From positions 1 to 32,000 of the forward strand of contig NQJD01000002.1 of the NCBI GenBank assembly GCA_004284765.1: 32,000 nucleotides of DNA, written 5' to 3'. A program made the translations under genes and the position numbers. Every line of letters starts with the position of its first letter. The stretch's first letter is position 1. The notes under the pieces were generated by a model. The model was given only the letters and a program-made list of their open reading frames with translations, made no database searches and was not told where the DNA came from. Positions 8,941 to 18,192 of this stretch are shown in pieces. The DNA is from Candidatus Electronema aureum (GTDB taxonomy: Bacteria; Desulfobacterota; Desulfobulbia; Desulfobulbales; Desulfobulbaceae).

Positions 8941-9129
8941 TCCGGCAATAAAAAAATAACCTCTCAGGTCGTAAATTATAACACAACTGATTTAAAACTT
9001 AAACACTATAAAAACACGCCTTCCTTATCAGCCAAATTATGCGCCGTCTTGCATGGCAGGAGGTCTTTCCTCTTGACAGACAAGACGGTATCTACTTTTC
9101 TGAGCGAACGGGTTATGCAGGAGGTCTAA

Positions 9130-9570
9130 TCAATCGCCGTTGACGTGTTTCTCTTTGCCAAACAGACGGTTGCTGCTCTGTACGCCGATGTGGCAGAGCG
9201 TACATCTGGTCTTAGCCGCAAAGGCGGAAGAACCGTCGTGGCAGCGGGCGCAGCTGCCTTGATCAGTGGCAGCAAAGGCGGTGCTGCCGTCGTGGCAGGT
9301 GCCGCAGTATTTGCCCTGATCAAAGGCGGACATGGTGAAATCGCCCGCCGCTTTGGCCGAGCCGCCAGCCTGCTGAAACAGGCTGTTGTGGCAGTCAACG
9401 CAGTTGAACCCCACCTTGTTGACATGAAAGTCATGGCTGAAGCGGGAAACGTCAGAGGTTGGCATGGCTGCGGAAGCGGTTGTCACCGGCACTTGCGGCT
9501 GCGCCGCCAAGGCAGATCCGCAGGCCGCAAGTCCAAGGGACAGCACCACCCCCAATCTCTTCGCTTTCAT
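9130..9570 (-). CDS. Tetrahaem cytochrome c (class III / c3-c7-like), probable lipoprotein
   Basis: Four CxxCH motifs (CVDCH, CGTCH, CARCH, CTLCH). Signal peptide MKAKRLGVVLSLGLAAC with lipobox. The ORF extends to 9606, but the ATG at 9570 removes the overlap with the upstream gene and starts at the signal peptide. Confidence 0.85.
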   Translation of the reverse strand: MKAKRLGVVLSLGLAACGSALAAQPQVPVTTASAAMPTSDVSRFSHDFHVNKVGFNCVDCHNSLFQQAGGSAKAAGDFTMSAFDQGKYCGTCHDGSTAFAATDQGSCARCHDGSSAFAAKTRCTLCHIGVQSSNRLFGKEKHVNGD

Positions 9571-9580
9571 GTCGAGCTTT

Positions 9581-10402
9581 TTATTCGTGCTTGCTGCTGG
9601 TTTCACTGCTGCTCATGCCGCGTGGCAGGGCCGGTGGCGGTTCAGGTTTGACCGGATTAAAGCGGTGCTCCTGAATAGTGTGGGGATTGTGGCATTCTGT
9701 GCAAGTCCACCACCGCTTTTTCCCGCCCACTTTCCACTCGCCCGTGCGCTTGCCGTGGAGGCCAATCCGCCATTTGCTATAGGTGTCACCGTGACAGCTG
9801 CCGCAGAGCTTATAGGATTCATCAAAGCTGACCTCGTTCTTTCGGCGGTCAACAAGGGTGTCACGATTGGCAGCGTTATGGCAGTCCAAACACCAAATGG
9901 CTCCCCGGCCATGCTGCAATTTACTGGCATCGCTGATGATATCTTGATGCATCTGGAGCTGGCGAGGCTCATTTGGCGGAGCGGCGGCCTGAGCTGTGCC
10001 GGGATGACAGCCGCTGCACTGCATGGTTGTTTTGAAGTGCTTCGTCCGGGAACGGATGACTGCCTGGGCAAAGTCGCCATCCGTCTCATCGCCGAACTTC
10101 GGCATTTCACCCATGGGCACAGTATCCGTGTAGGGATCACCGTACCAAAGAACTGCTCCAGTGGTTGGTGAACACTTCACATTGGGATAGCCGAACTTGG
10201 GGTTTGCATTCTCCACCTTTGTGAGATTGGTGGAGTCTTTGATGCTTTCGTAGCACTCAACTGATGCCGCTCCAGCCTTGTCTTGCGCTGGTGCCGCATC
10301 GGATTTGCCCTCTTCCGCCGTCGCCTCATTTTGGAGCATCACGCCGCCTGCCAGCAAGACAAAAAGGCCGTAGAAAACTCCTGCTCTCATGTAGTTGCTC
10401 AT
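9581..10402 (-). CDS. Tetrahaem cytochrome c, membrane-anchored/periplasmic
   Basis: N-terminal hydrophobic anchor plus four CxxCH motifs (CSGCH, CLDCH, CGSCH, CTECHNPH). 4-nt overlap with the upstream NrfD-like gene. Confidence 0.85.
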   Translation of the reverse strand: MSNYMRAGVFYGLFVLLAGGVMLQNEATAEEGKSDAAPAQDKAGAASVECYESIKDSTNLTKVENANPKFGYPNVKCSPTTGAVLWYGDPYTDTVPMGEMPKFGDETDGDFAQAVIRSRTKHFKTTMQCSGCHPGTAQAAAPPNEPRQLQMHQDIISDASKLQHGRGAIWCLDCHNAANRDTLVDRRKNEVSFDESYKLCGSCHGDTYSKWRIGLHGKRTGEWKVGGKKRWWTCTECHNPHTIQEHRFNPVKPEPPPALPRGMSSSETSSKHE

Positions 10403-11673
10403 TTCGCACCTCCACCTGCTTCCACTGTTTTGCTATCCCGCACCTCGCCGGTCAACACGCCAATCGCGCCCTTGGTGAGCAGGGTCAGCATGATAAAGCC
10501 GACCGCCCAGATAAACAGGACGTTGCAGATTTCAATCAGGGTTGGATGATACACGGCGTACTCGCCCAAGGGAGTCGGGCTGAAGGCCGGGAAAACCAGC
10601 ACTGCCGGTTTCTCGATCAGAATGGTCAGGAAGACCACCGAGCAGATCACCGGCAACAGGCTGTTGTAGCTCTTCCGTATGGTGGTGTTGAGCAGCAGGA
10701 TGAACGGAAGGACAATCAGGGTCATGGTCATCTTGAACCACGGAACATAGGCATCCAGACCGTGGTGACCATCGATCATGAACTCCAAGGAAGCAGCATG
10801 ATGAGTGCCTGAATACAGTTCAGTGAAAAACTCGGAGATAAACACCAAGATGATGAGTCCCAAGCTCCAGACAATGACCTGCGAGAAGAAGTCAATCACC
10901 GAGTCAGCAATCTGTAGTTTGCTGAATTTGCGGATCAGGAGGAACATCAGGATCACCAAGGAGGAACCTGACGCGCCCGCCATGGATAAAAAGGCGAAGG
11001 GGAGGACAGCAGTTTTCCACGAGTAAATCGCCGCGTTGCTGCTGAGGATGAAGGCGGTGACGATATGAATCAGCGGCCCCCAAGCCACAGCCACGTAAAT
11101 CAGCGGGGTGTAAAATTTGGTGTTCATCGGCTGACCGAGATAGCGCATGTACAGCAGATAGGACACCGCCACCAAGTTGATAGCGAGGTATGTGTTCAGG
11201 ACAATGATGTCATAGGTGAGCATCGAACTGGGAAAGTTGAAGATGCCCAAACCAGGAATTGCGTGCCACGCCCGGTCTATCCGGCCCATGTGGTAGAAGA
11301 TGAAGTTCAGGCCGATAATCACGAAGGTCAGGGCGATGATCTCGCCAAGCACGGCCAGCTCCTTCATGTCTTTGCGCTTGTAGATATACGCGGGGATCAC
11401 CACCAGCACTGCCGCCGCCGCAATATGGGCGGTGAAGATGAAGTTGGAGATGAACAGCTCCCATGTGATTTGGTCCGTGGCCCCGGTGACGATGAGGCCC
11501 GTGGTCATCTGCACGTAGGTGGTGAAAAGACCTGCGATCACAAAAAAGGAAAGAAAGAGCAGCCAGCCATAGTAAAGGTTCCCTCCTTTAATGGCATAAC
11601 TGAAAAAATCACGGGCGAACGCTATGGGCTTTTGGGAAGCTGAAGCTATTTGCTGTTTCATGGTCATTGTCAA
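10399..11673 (-). CDS. NrfD/PsrC-family integral membrane quinone-interacting subunit
   Basis: 424-aa protein with about 10 TM helices, located directly after a Tat-exported 4x[4Fe-4S] protein. Size and topology fit the NrfD/PsrC/DsrP/ActC family. Confidence 0.8.
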   Translation of the reverse strand: MTMTMKQQIASASQKPIAFARDFFSYAIKGGNLYYGWLLFLSFFVIAGLFTTYVQMTTGLIVTGATDQITWELFISNFIFTAHIAAAAVLVVIPAYIYKRKDMKELAVLGEIIALTFVIIGLNFIFYHMGRIDRAWHAIPGLGIFNFPSSMLTYDIIVLNTYLAINLVAVSYLLYMRYLGQPMNTKFYTPLIYVAVAWGPLIHIVTAFILSSNAAIYSWKTAVLPFAFLSMAGASGSSLVILMFLLIRKFSKLQIADSVIDFFSQVIVWSLGLIILVFISEFFTELYSGTHHAASLEFMIDGHHGLDAYVPWFKMTMTLIVLPFILLLNTTIRKSYNSLLPVICSVVFLTILIEKPAVLVFPAFSPTPLGEYAVYHPTLIEICNVLFIWAVGFIMLTLLTKGAIGVLTGEVRDSKTVEAGGGAK

Positions 11674-11680
11674 TCCCTCT

Positions 11681-12712
11681 CTAATCCATGTAATAGAAGA
11701 ATTTTGGATCGGTGTTGAACTCTTCCTTGAACCGGAACACCTGTTTGGTAGCCAAAACCTTCCTCACCTCGCTTTCAGGATCGAGCAGGTTGCCAAATTT
11801 TCTTGCGCCCACCGGACAGGCTTCCACACAGGCTGGATAGCGTCCATCTCTCACCCTTTGCAAACAGAACGTGCATTTTTCCATGACCCCGCGCGGGCGG
11901 GGACGGTTTCCCAAATAATGGGTCTTGGGATTCATCTCCTCACTCGGCAGCACCGGTTCGCCCCAGTTGAAGCGGCGCGCCCAATACGGACAGGCCAATT
12001 GACACATCCGGCAGCCAATGCACCAGTTGTAGTCAATCACCACGATGCCATTGGGATCACGATACGTTGCCCGAACCGGACATGCCTTGACGCAGGCCGG
12101 TTTTTCGCATTGCTGACACTGCACCGGAAAATAAAAGGCATTGTCTTCTGGAACCTGCTCCGGCTCATAGTAATGATCGGTGTAACCAGAAATGCCAACA
12201 GGTTTACCAGCATGGCCGCCGGACTGAATGCCGTGGTCTCCCAAGGAGCTGCTGCTGGGCTTGCCCGCATTCAAATCTTTCGCGTCGAACGTGACATTGC
12301 CTTTCTCCATCCGCAAGACGCGAATCCACTGAATTGCTGGATCGCGGGATTGATTGTTTTCCCTGACGCAGGCTTCAACGCAGCGGCGGCAGCCAATACA
12401 TTTAGAAATATTGAGCGCATAGCCAAACAGCACTCCATCCGGGGCAGGCGTGTTGGCCACTGTGGTCTGCTTGCTGAACTGCTCGCTGTAGCGCTCTTCC
12501 AAGCGGGCAATGGCCTTCTGCTTTTGCTCGTCACTCATCAGCTCAAAGTGACCCTGCAATGCTTCGGCTATGCTCACGGCCTTGGCGGTGGCTGCTGGAG
12601 CGGCTGCTGTCGCAGCGGCGGCAACACCCATCTTCTTCAGGAAATCACGGCGGGATTCTTTCACCTGCCCGTCATCCTGTTCGTCAACCATTTCTCTTTT
12701 GTCCTCAGACAT
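11681..12712 (-). CDS. Tat-exported 4Fe-4S ferredoxin-type subunit (NrfC/HybA/DsrO-like)
   Basis: Twin-arginine signal SRRDFLKKMGVAAA. Four Cys clusters: CIGCRRCVEAC, CQQCEKPACVKACP, CIGCRMCQLACP, CTFC...ACVEACP. Confidence 0.9.
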   Translation of the reverse strand: MSEDKREMVDEQDDGQVKESRRDFLKKMGVAAAATAAAPAATAKAVSIAEALQGHFELMSDEQKQKAIARLEERYSEQFSKQTTVANTPAPDGVLFGYALNISKCIGCRRCVEACVRENNQSRDPAIQWIRVLRMEKGNVTFDAKDLNAGKPSSSSLGDHGIQSGGHAGKPVGISGYTDHYYEPEQVPEDNAFYFPVQCQQCEKPACVKACPVRATYRDPNGIVVIDYNWCIGCRMCQLACPYWARRFNWGEPVLPSEEMNPKTHYLGNRPRPRGVMEKCTFCLQRVRDGRYPACVEACPVGARKFGNLLDPESEVRKVLATKQVFRFKEEFNTDPKFFYYMD

Positions 12713-12751
12713 TGCGCATCGCCTCCGTTATATGGTGGAACAGGAATATCC

Positions 12752-13060
12752 TCAAGATACTGTCCGGTAATGGTTGCGCAGGATACGGTCAAGCATCTGC
12801 CGCTTCTCTTCCTGGGTCATGAGCGTCAGCGTTTTTCCCGCCATGATCTGCTGCTGCCGCAAATCTTCCTCGGCGCAGCGGGCGCGGGCGTTCGTATCGC
12901 CGACTTTTCCCGCAGATTTCATGACCGCCGCTCCGGTCAAACCGGCAGCCGCCACGACACCCAGCGCAGCCGCAGCCCGCTTGAGAAAGACCCGCTTGTC
13001 GGCAATCACCTCATCCTGCCCTTTGCGCGCGCTCACCTTCACCATCTCTTGTTCAGCCAT
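12752..13060 (-). CDS. Small protein with Tat-like (KR variant) signal, first gene of the redox operon
   Basis: ATG at 13060 is preceded by AAGGAGG with a 5-nt spacer (the ORF-track start at 13084 lacks this). DKRVFLKRAAAALGVVAAAGL resembles a twin-arginine leader with K-R in place of R-R. The C-terminal part is polar and helical. Confidence 0.55.
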   Translation of the reverse strand: MAEQEMVKVSARKGQDEVIADKRVFLKRAAAALGVVAAAGLTGAAVMKSAGKVGDTNARARCAEEDLRQQQIMAGKTLTLMTQEEKRQMLDRILRNHYRTVS

Positions 13061-13429
13061 AACGGCCTCCTTGTTGTATAACATGCTTATGCCTTATAAA
13101 AGGCAATCTTTTCAGATTGATCCGCCAAATACATAGGTCGGTCAGTGTTCACAGACACAGAGGCACCCGAATACATGCGGGGGAACATAATTTATTCTTA
13201 CTGTTACCAAGACCCTTCCGCCTCAAAAAACGGCAGCTACTGATTAACTACAAACCACGCTGGCAGTCAAGGAAAAAAGCTCCTGTTTCAGACTGAAGAG
13301 GAGGGGTAGAAAACTTCATGTCCGCGACCGGGAAGGATTGAAAGGATGTCAAGCAATATATTTATATTACTACTTAAAACGGAAATTCACCGTGATATCT
13401 CTGAGCGCAGTTAAACTGTTTATTTTTTG

Positions 13430-13458
13430 TTGACATATATCACGTAAGGTGTTTTATA
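13430..13458 (+). promoter_or_regulatory. Sigma70-like promoter for the small Lys-rich ORF
   Basis: TTGACA (13430..13435), 17-nt spacer, TTTATA (13453..13458; alternatively TATATA at 13455..13460), about 80 nt upstream of the ATG at 13538. Prediction by consensus only. Confidence 0.4.
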
Positions 13459-13537
13459 TAAAGTATGTTTTTCCTGACTGTAGCTCGTCAGGTTGATTAT
13501 CACCTGATAAAAACTTATAACATGGAAGGAGAAGGCT

Positions 13538-13654
13538 ATGGGAGACAAGGGCGGCAAGAAAGATAAGGACAAGAACAAGAAGCAAACAGCTCAAAAGCAT
13601 GAGCAAAAGGACAAAGAAACAAAGGAGAAGCAGCCGAAGAAAGTAGAAAAGTAA
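13538..13654 (+). CDS. 38-aa lysine-rich small protein (MGDKGGKKDKDKNKKQTAQKHEQKDKETKEKQPKKVEK)
   Basis: Below the ORF-track size cut-off. GGAGAAGG Shine-Dalgarno ends 3 nt before the ATG, a consensus-like promoter lies upstream, and a strong hairpin follows 8 nt after the TAA. No homology could be assessed. Confidence 0.45.
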   Translation: MGDKGGKKDKDKNKKQTAQKHEQKDKETKEKQPKKVEK

Positions 13655-13661
13655 GAAGTAC

Positions 13662-13692
13662 ATCCGGGCTTTCTTTTTGCGAAAGCCCGGAT
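13662..13692. terminator. Hairpin terminator between convergent genes (small ORF and glmM)
   Basis: 12-bp perfect stem ATCCGGGCTTTC / GAAAGCCCGGAT with 7-nt loop TTTTTGC. On the minus strand it is followed by a T-rich tract, so it most plausibly terminates the cdaA-cdaR-glmM transcript. Confidence 0.7.
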
Positions 13693-13711
13693 TAATGAAG
13701 AGTTCCCGACC

Positions 13712-15064
13712 TCACACCCTGTCCGCTCGCCTAATCACATCGCACAGCTCTAAGGCGAGGTCTGAAATCTCCTTCTCATCTTCCCCCTCAGCCATCACCC
13801 GGATCACCGGCTCAGTGCCAGAGGCGCGTACCAGTATCCTCCCTCGGCTACCCAATCTTTCTTCTGCCGCTTTTAATGCCTCACTGAAACCCCTGATCTG
13901 CTCCGGCGCAATCCGGCTGGACAGGCGGACATTCTCCAACACTTGCGGATAGGCAGTCATGATTTTGGCCAGCTCTGAGAGCGGTTTTTTCCGTTTAATC
14001 ATGATCGCCAGAAGCTGAAGCGCAGCCAAGGTGCCGTCGCCGGTGGTGTTGTGGTCAAGGAAGATGAGGTGGCCAGACTGCTCGCCACCGAAGTTGCAGC
14101 CTTTGGCTCGCATCGCCTCGACCACGTAGCGGTCGCCGACACTGGTGCGGAGCAGCTTTGCGCCTAAGTCACTCAAGGCTTTTTCCAAGCCTATATTGCT
14201 CATCACCGTGGCGACTGCGGTCTTTTTTTTCAGCTTGCCTCGACTGATCAAATCAGCGGCGCAGATGGCCATGATGTGGTCACCGTCAACGATTGCGCCT
14301 TTTTCATCGCAAACGATCAGCCGGTCCGCATCGCCGTCCAAAGCAAGGCCGATGTTCGCGCCGAGCTGCCGCACCTTTTCCGCCATCAGCTCTGGGTGGA
14401 GCGCGCCGCAGTCTCGGTTGATATTTTTGCCGTCCGGGTCCACACCGAGACAAGTGACTTTTGCGCCCAGCTCGGCAAAAACAAAGGGTGCAACCTTATA
14501 AGCCGCACCGTGGGCACAGTCTAAGACGATGTGGAAATCGTCGAGCGTGTACTTGTTCGGGAAGGTGTTCTTGAGGAAGACGATGTAGCGGCCGCAGGCA
14601 TCATCAATCCGGGCTGCCTTGCCCACCTCGTCGGCCACCGGACGCAGTGCCGCCATTTTTTGCGAAAAAATCAGGTCTTCAATGTCTAATTCGACCTCAT
14701 CCGGCAGCTTGAAGCCGTCGCGCGAGAATATCTTGATCCCGTTGTCTTGAAAAGGGTTGTGTGAGGCAGAAATGACCACACCCGCATCCGCCCGCATCGA
14801 GGTGGTGATGAAGGCGATACCCGGCGTGGGCAACGGGCCGAGCAACTGCACATCCACGCCCATTGAGCAAACTCCAGCGGCCAACGCATTCTCGAGCATA
14901 TAGCCAGAAAGCCGAGTGTCCTTGCCGATGACAATGTGATGCCCTTTGGTCTTTTTCTTGACGATGAACGCGATAGCCCTGCCAATCTGCATGGCAATTT
15001 CGGTGGTCATCGGATAGATATTGGCAGTGCCACGCACGCCGTCAGTGCCGAAAAGCTGGCGCAT
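13712..15064 (-). CDS. glmM: Phosphoglucosamine mutase
   Basis: 450 aa. N-terminus FGTDGVRG, phosphoserine loop [20 protein letters not shown]-type metal loop (LDGDADRL). Conserved position after cdaA-cdaR. Confidence 0.95.
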   Translation of the reverse strand: MRQLFGTDGVRGTANIYPMTTEIAMQIGRAIAFIVKKKTKGHHIVIGKDTRLSGYMLENALAAGVCSMGVDVQLLGPLPTPGIAFITTSMRADAGVVISASHNPFQDNGIKIFSRDGFKLPDEVELDIEDLIFSQKMAALRPVADEVGKAARIDDACGRYIVFLKNTFPNKYTLDDFHIVLDCAHGAAYKVAPFVFAELGAKVTCLGVDPDGKNINRDCGALHPELMAEKVRQLGANIGLALDGDADRLIVCDEKGAIVDGDHIMAICAADLISRGKLKKKTAVATVMSNIGLEKALSDLGAKLLRTSVGDRYVVEAMRAKGCNFGGEQSGHLIFLDHNTTGDGTLAALQLLAIMIKRKKPLSELAKIMTAYPQVLENVRLSSRIAPEQIRGFSEALKAAEERLGSRGRILVRASGTEPVIRVMAEGEDEKEISDLALELCDVIRRADRV

Positions 15065-15082
15065 AATTTTTTAGAGGCTGAG

Positions 15083-16123
15083 TTATTTTTTCTTCCGGTT
15101 TTCTTTCTTCGTTTCCTGTTTCAGTTTGGCCGGTTCCGGTTTGTTATCTGGCAGCAGGATTTCCACCTCCTGCGGGGTGTAAGACTTGATTACCGTTGGC
15201 TCATGGCCAGGCATGGTTGCCGCAAAAACTTCCACTGGCGCAGTGCGTGGTAGTTCGCCGCTGCCTACATAAACTGAGGCCCGGAAAAGCATAGGCTGTG
15301 CCAAGGTGTCTGAAAGCAGGCTTTCTGGGATGCTGGCAAAAACTGAGATAACATCGGGCTTCAGCACGACTGGTCCCATAGCATCGCGAGCACTGACCGG
15401 GATGCTATGGATAATTTTTTCGACAAATTTTTCTTTGACCGTGATTTTGACTGCTACTGTGGTTTCGCCGATCAAACTCATCAGTTCAGGCGAGAGAGCA
15501 AGATGCACGGGAACCGTAGCAGAACGGGTCATTCCTTCCAAGGGAATGACGTACGTCTTCAGGGCTTGCTGCCGCTCTAACAAAGTTTTCGGCCCCGATA
15601 CCAAAATGTTATCGGGGTTGAGACTGATTTCTTGTAGCGTATAGCCGGGTGCAACTTTCCCTTCGGTTGCTGCCGTAATCGGTATCTGTTTTTGCACCAG
15701 CTCGTCAATCGACAGACTGATACTGGCAGGCTGCATCCGTACCACAGAAACGCCGCCAGGCAGCGGAAGCTGGAGCGTATCTGTGTTCAGCACCACCGTA
15801 TCCGGTACCGCTCCAACTAAATCGATGGGCAGCGAGAGTGTTCGGCTGCGCATTTCTTGCATAATGCTGCGCGGGCCGCTCAGGGTCACATTTACCTCTT
15901 TCTGGTACTGGTTGTAAATGACCAAATTTTTAGGCAAATTGAGAAACTCAATCGGCACGGTGAGTGTCATAGCCATTTGGTCTGCACCAACCACTAAAAA
16001 CCAAATCAGAATACCGAGGGAAAGCGAAACAAAAAGCAGCAAAAATTCTTTGCAGCGTTTTTTGCTGTTTTGCAGAAAGTGGATTGCCGACGGGTTCACT
16101 AAGGACGTTTTTTTTTGATCCAT
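15083..16123 (-). CDS. cdaR: YbbR-domain protein, CdaA regulator
   Basis: N-terminal TM anchor followed by repeated YbbR-like modules (e.g. LTVPIEFLNLPKNLVIYNQYQKEVNVTLSGP). Located between cdaA and glmM. The ORF opens at GTG 16132; the first ATG is at 16123. Confidence 0.75.
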   Translation of the reverse strand: MDQKKTSLVNPSAIHFLQNSKKRCKEFLLLFVSLSLGILIWFLVVGADQMAMTLTVPIEFLNLPKNLVIYNQYQKEVNVTLSGPRSIMQEMRSRTLSLPIDLVGAVPDTVVLNTDTLQLPLPGGVSVVRMQPASISLSIDELVQKQIPITAATEGKVAPGYTLQEISLNPDNILVSGPKTLLERQQALKTYVIPLEGMTRSATVPVHLALSPELMSLIGETTVAVKITVKEKFVEKIIHSIPVSARDAMGPVVLKPDVISVFASIPESLLSDTLAQPMLFRASVYVGSGELPRTAPVEVFAATMPGHEPTVIKSYTPQEVEILLPDNKPEPAKLKQETKKENRKKK

Positions 16124-16914
16124 CGTTGCCACAGGGGAGCTTTTTTTTCCCGCACTAAAAAAATATCTTTGAGAACAGTCTCTAATTTTTCTTCATCCCG
16201 CATTGGCGTGATGACTCCGCCTCGGACCACTGAGATTTCTTGGGTTTCTTCGGACACCGCCAAAATCACCGCGTCAGTCATTTCAGAAAGCCCCAGTGCT
16301 GCTCGATGCCGCATCCCGTAGCGCTTGTCGATGCTGAGATTTTTCGATAAAGGCAGTACACAGGCGGCAGAATGAATTTTTCCTTTCTTGATTACTACCG
16401 CGCCGTCGTGTAACGGCGATTTAGTCAGGAATATTGCCACTAACAGCTCTTGAAGCAGCTTGCTGTCGATAATGAAGCCAGTTTCTACATATTCCTGCAA
16501 GCCAGTTTCACGCTCAATGATAATCAACGCACCGATACGCCGCCGTGACAAACTTACTACAGCGGAGATGATCTGGGTGAGGTCATCAGCAGCGATATTG
16601 CTACTTTTTAAAAAGGGCGTTTTGCCCATTTCGGTTAAAGCGCGACGGATGTCATCTTGAAAAATGATCACCGTGATCAGCAAAATTGAACTAAGCAAAG
16701 AACGCAGCAACAACTGGAGTGCCAGCAAGTCCAGAGCAGTCGAAAGAAAATAAAGCAGCGCGATGACCAAAGCACCGGCCAGCATTTGCACCGCCCTCGT
16801 TCCCCGAATCAGAATGATAATACGGTAAACGATGAACGAGACGATCAGAATATCAGCGATATCCTGCCATCTAAAGGAGCTGGGGAAGCTGAACGTGCTG
16901 AACAAATCGGGCAT
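16099..16914 (-). CDS. cdaA: Diadenylate cyclase (c-di-AMP synthase), membrane-bound
   Basis: Three N-terminal TM helices with IRGTRAVQML. DAC domain motifs RRIGALIIIER, PLHDGAVVI, GMRHRAALGLSE.TDA..LAVSEET. ATG 16914 gives a length and N-terminus matching characterised CdaA; the ORF extends to 16977. Confidence 0.9.
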   Translation of the reverse strand: MPDLFSTFSFPSSFRWQDIADILIVSFIVYRIIILIRGTRAVQMLAGALVIALLYFLSTALDLLALQLLLRSLLSSILLITVIIFQDDIRRALTEMGKTPFLKSSNIAADDLTQIISAVVSLSRRRIGALIIIERETGLQEYVETGFIIDSKLLQELLVAIFLTKSPLHDGAVVIKKGKIHSAACVLPLSKNLSIDKRYGMRHRAALGLSEMTDAVILAVSEETQEISVVRGGVITPMRDEEKLETVLKDIFLVREKKAPLWQRWIKKKRP

Positions 16915-17103
16915 GAATATAAAGGCAGCAGAAGCAAAGCAAGCTGGAACATTTTTTGCAGGGTGAAAAATTGGCATTTTTTTTATAACATGTTACCCTG
17001 ATTCTGAACAGAACAAAGCGGAGTAACCTACAATTTTTTTCAGCGCAGGATACACAATAGGGCTGCTCAGAGTTCTGCAAAAATTACGTCTGCTCATTTT
17101 AAT

Positions 17104-18192
17104 ATGCACACCATCACCTCATTCCGTGCCGGGCTTCTTCCTTGGTTTACCGAACATCAGCGGCCTTTGCCTTGGCGCAAGGATTATCAGCCCTATCAGA
17201 TCTGGATTGCTGAGATTATGGGCCAGCAGACCCAGATGGAACGGGTTGTGGTCTATTTCCAGAGCTGGATTCAACAGTTCCCAGACATCCGCGCCTTGGC
17301 CGCTGCTTCAGAGCAAGAAATTTTCAAGGCTTGGGAAGGGTTGGGGTATTACAGCCGGGCGAGGAATCTCCGCAAGACTGCCGAGCTGCTTGTCCGCGAC
17401 CATCACGGCGAGTTGCCCAACGAAGAGGCAGCACTACTGGCTCTGCCCGGTATCGGGCCGTACACGGCAGCAGCGATTCTCTCTATCGCCTTCAACCAAC
17501 CAGTGCCGTTGCTGGATGCCAATGTGGAGCGAGTGCTGTGTCGAGTGGAAGATATTGATTCACCGCCTAAACAAAGCGTAACGCGAAAGCAGCTGCTCCA
17601 GCTTTGCGCGGAACTGCTGCCGCCAAATGAGCCGCGCAATTTCAATCAGGCTCTGATGGAGTTAGGTGCGCTCATCTGCACGCCGAAAAATCCGACCTGC
17701 GCCGCCTGTCCAGTGCGGGAATGCTGCCGCGCCTTCGCTGCTGGGACAGTTAATCAGCGGCCTGTTTTAGTCAAAAAGCCGGATAAAATCAATATTATCA
17801 TGGCATGTGGAATTATCGAACAGGACGGACGATTCTACATTCAGCAGCGGAGAGAGGAGGATGTCTGGGGCGGACTGTGGGAATTTCCCGGAGGAAGGCT
17901 CAAAGAGGGCGAAACACCAGAGCAAGCGGCAGCACGGGAAATTGCCGAAGAAACGGAATTTCGGGTGATTCATCTGCGTCCTTTCACCACGGTAGTGCAT
18001 CATTACACCAAACACCGAGTGACGCTGCATTCATTTTTTTGTAACTTACAGAACGAACAGTCAACGGAGCCGGTCTTACATGCAGCCAGTCAGTTTCGCT
18101 GGGTTAATCAAAAAGAATTAGACAGCTTTGCTTTTCCATCTGGTCATCGTCAGTTGATCAAAAATATGGCAACATATATATTTGACGCATGA
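17104..18192 (+). CDS. mutY: A/G-specific adenine DNA glycosylase
   Basis: HhH-GPD region (LPGIGPYTAAAI), [4Fe-4S] loop C-x6-C-x2-C-x5-C (CTPKNPTCAACPVRECC), and a C-terminal MutT-like domain (GLWEFPGG). Confidence 0.93.
   Translation: MHTITSFRAGLLPWFTEHQRPLPWRKDYQPYQIWIAEIMGQQTQMERVVVYFQSWIQQFPDIRALAAASEQEIFKAWEGLGYYSRARNLRKTAELLVRDHHGELPNEEAALLALPGIGPYTAAAILSIAFNQPVPLLDANVERVLCRVEDIDSPPKQSVTRKQLLQLCAELLPPNEPRNFNQALMELGALICTPKNPTCAACPVRECCRAFAAGTVNQRPVLVKKPDKINIIMACGIIEQDGRFYIQQRREEDVWGGLWEFPGGRLKEGETPEQAAAREIAEETEFRVIHLRPFTTVVHHYTKHRVTLHSFFCNLQNEQSTEPVLHAASQFRWVNQKELDSFAFPSGHRQLIKNMATYIFDA

Noticed and set aside
9044-9088. Inverted repeat CCGTCTTG ... CAAGACGG downstream of the cytochrome operon, as a terminator
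   Set aside because: The stem is only 8 bp with a 29-nt loop, and there is no U-tract on the minus strand. This is too weak to call.
9145-10171. Plus-strand ORFs 9145..9651 and 9464..10171 (168 and 235 aa)
   Set aside because: They are antisense to the two CxxCH-bearing cytochrome genes. The translations are Ala/Gly/Arg-rich and have no start context. They are shadow ORFs.
11624-13081. 485-aa ORF on the plus strand
   Set aside because: It lies entirely antisense to the NrfC-like FeS gene and the small Tat-like gene, both of which have unmistakable motifs. The translation is low-complexity (H/R/G/A-rich) with no recognisable domain. This is a typical shadow ORF.
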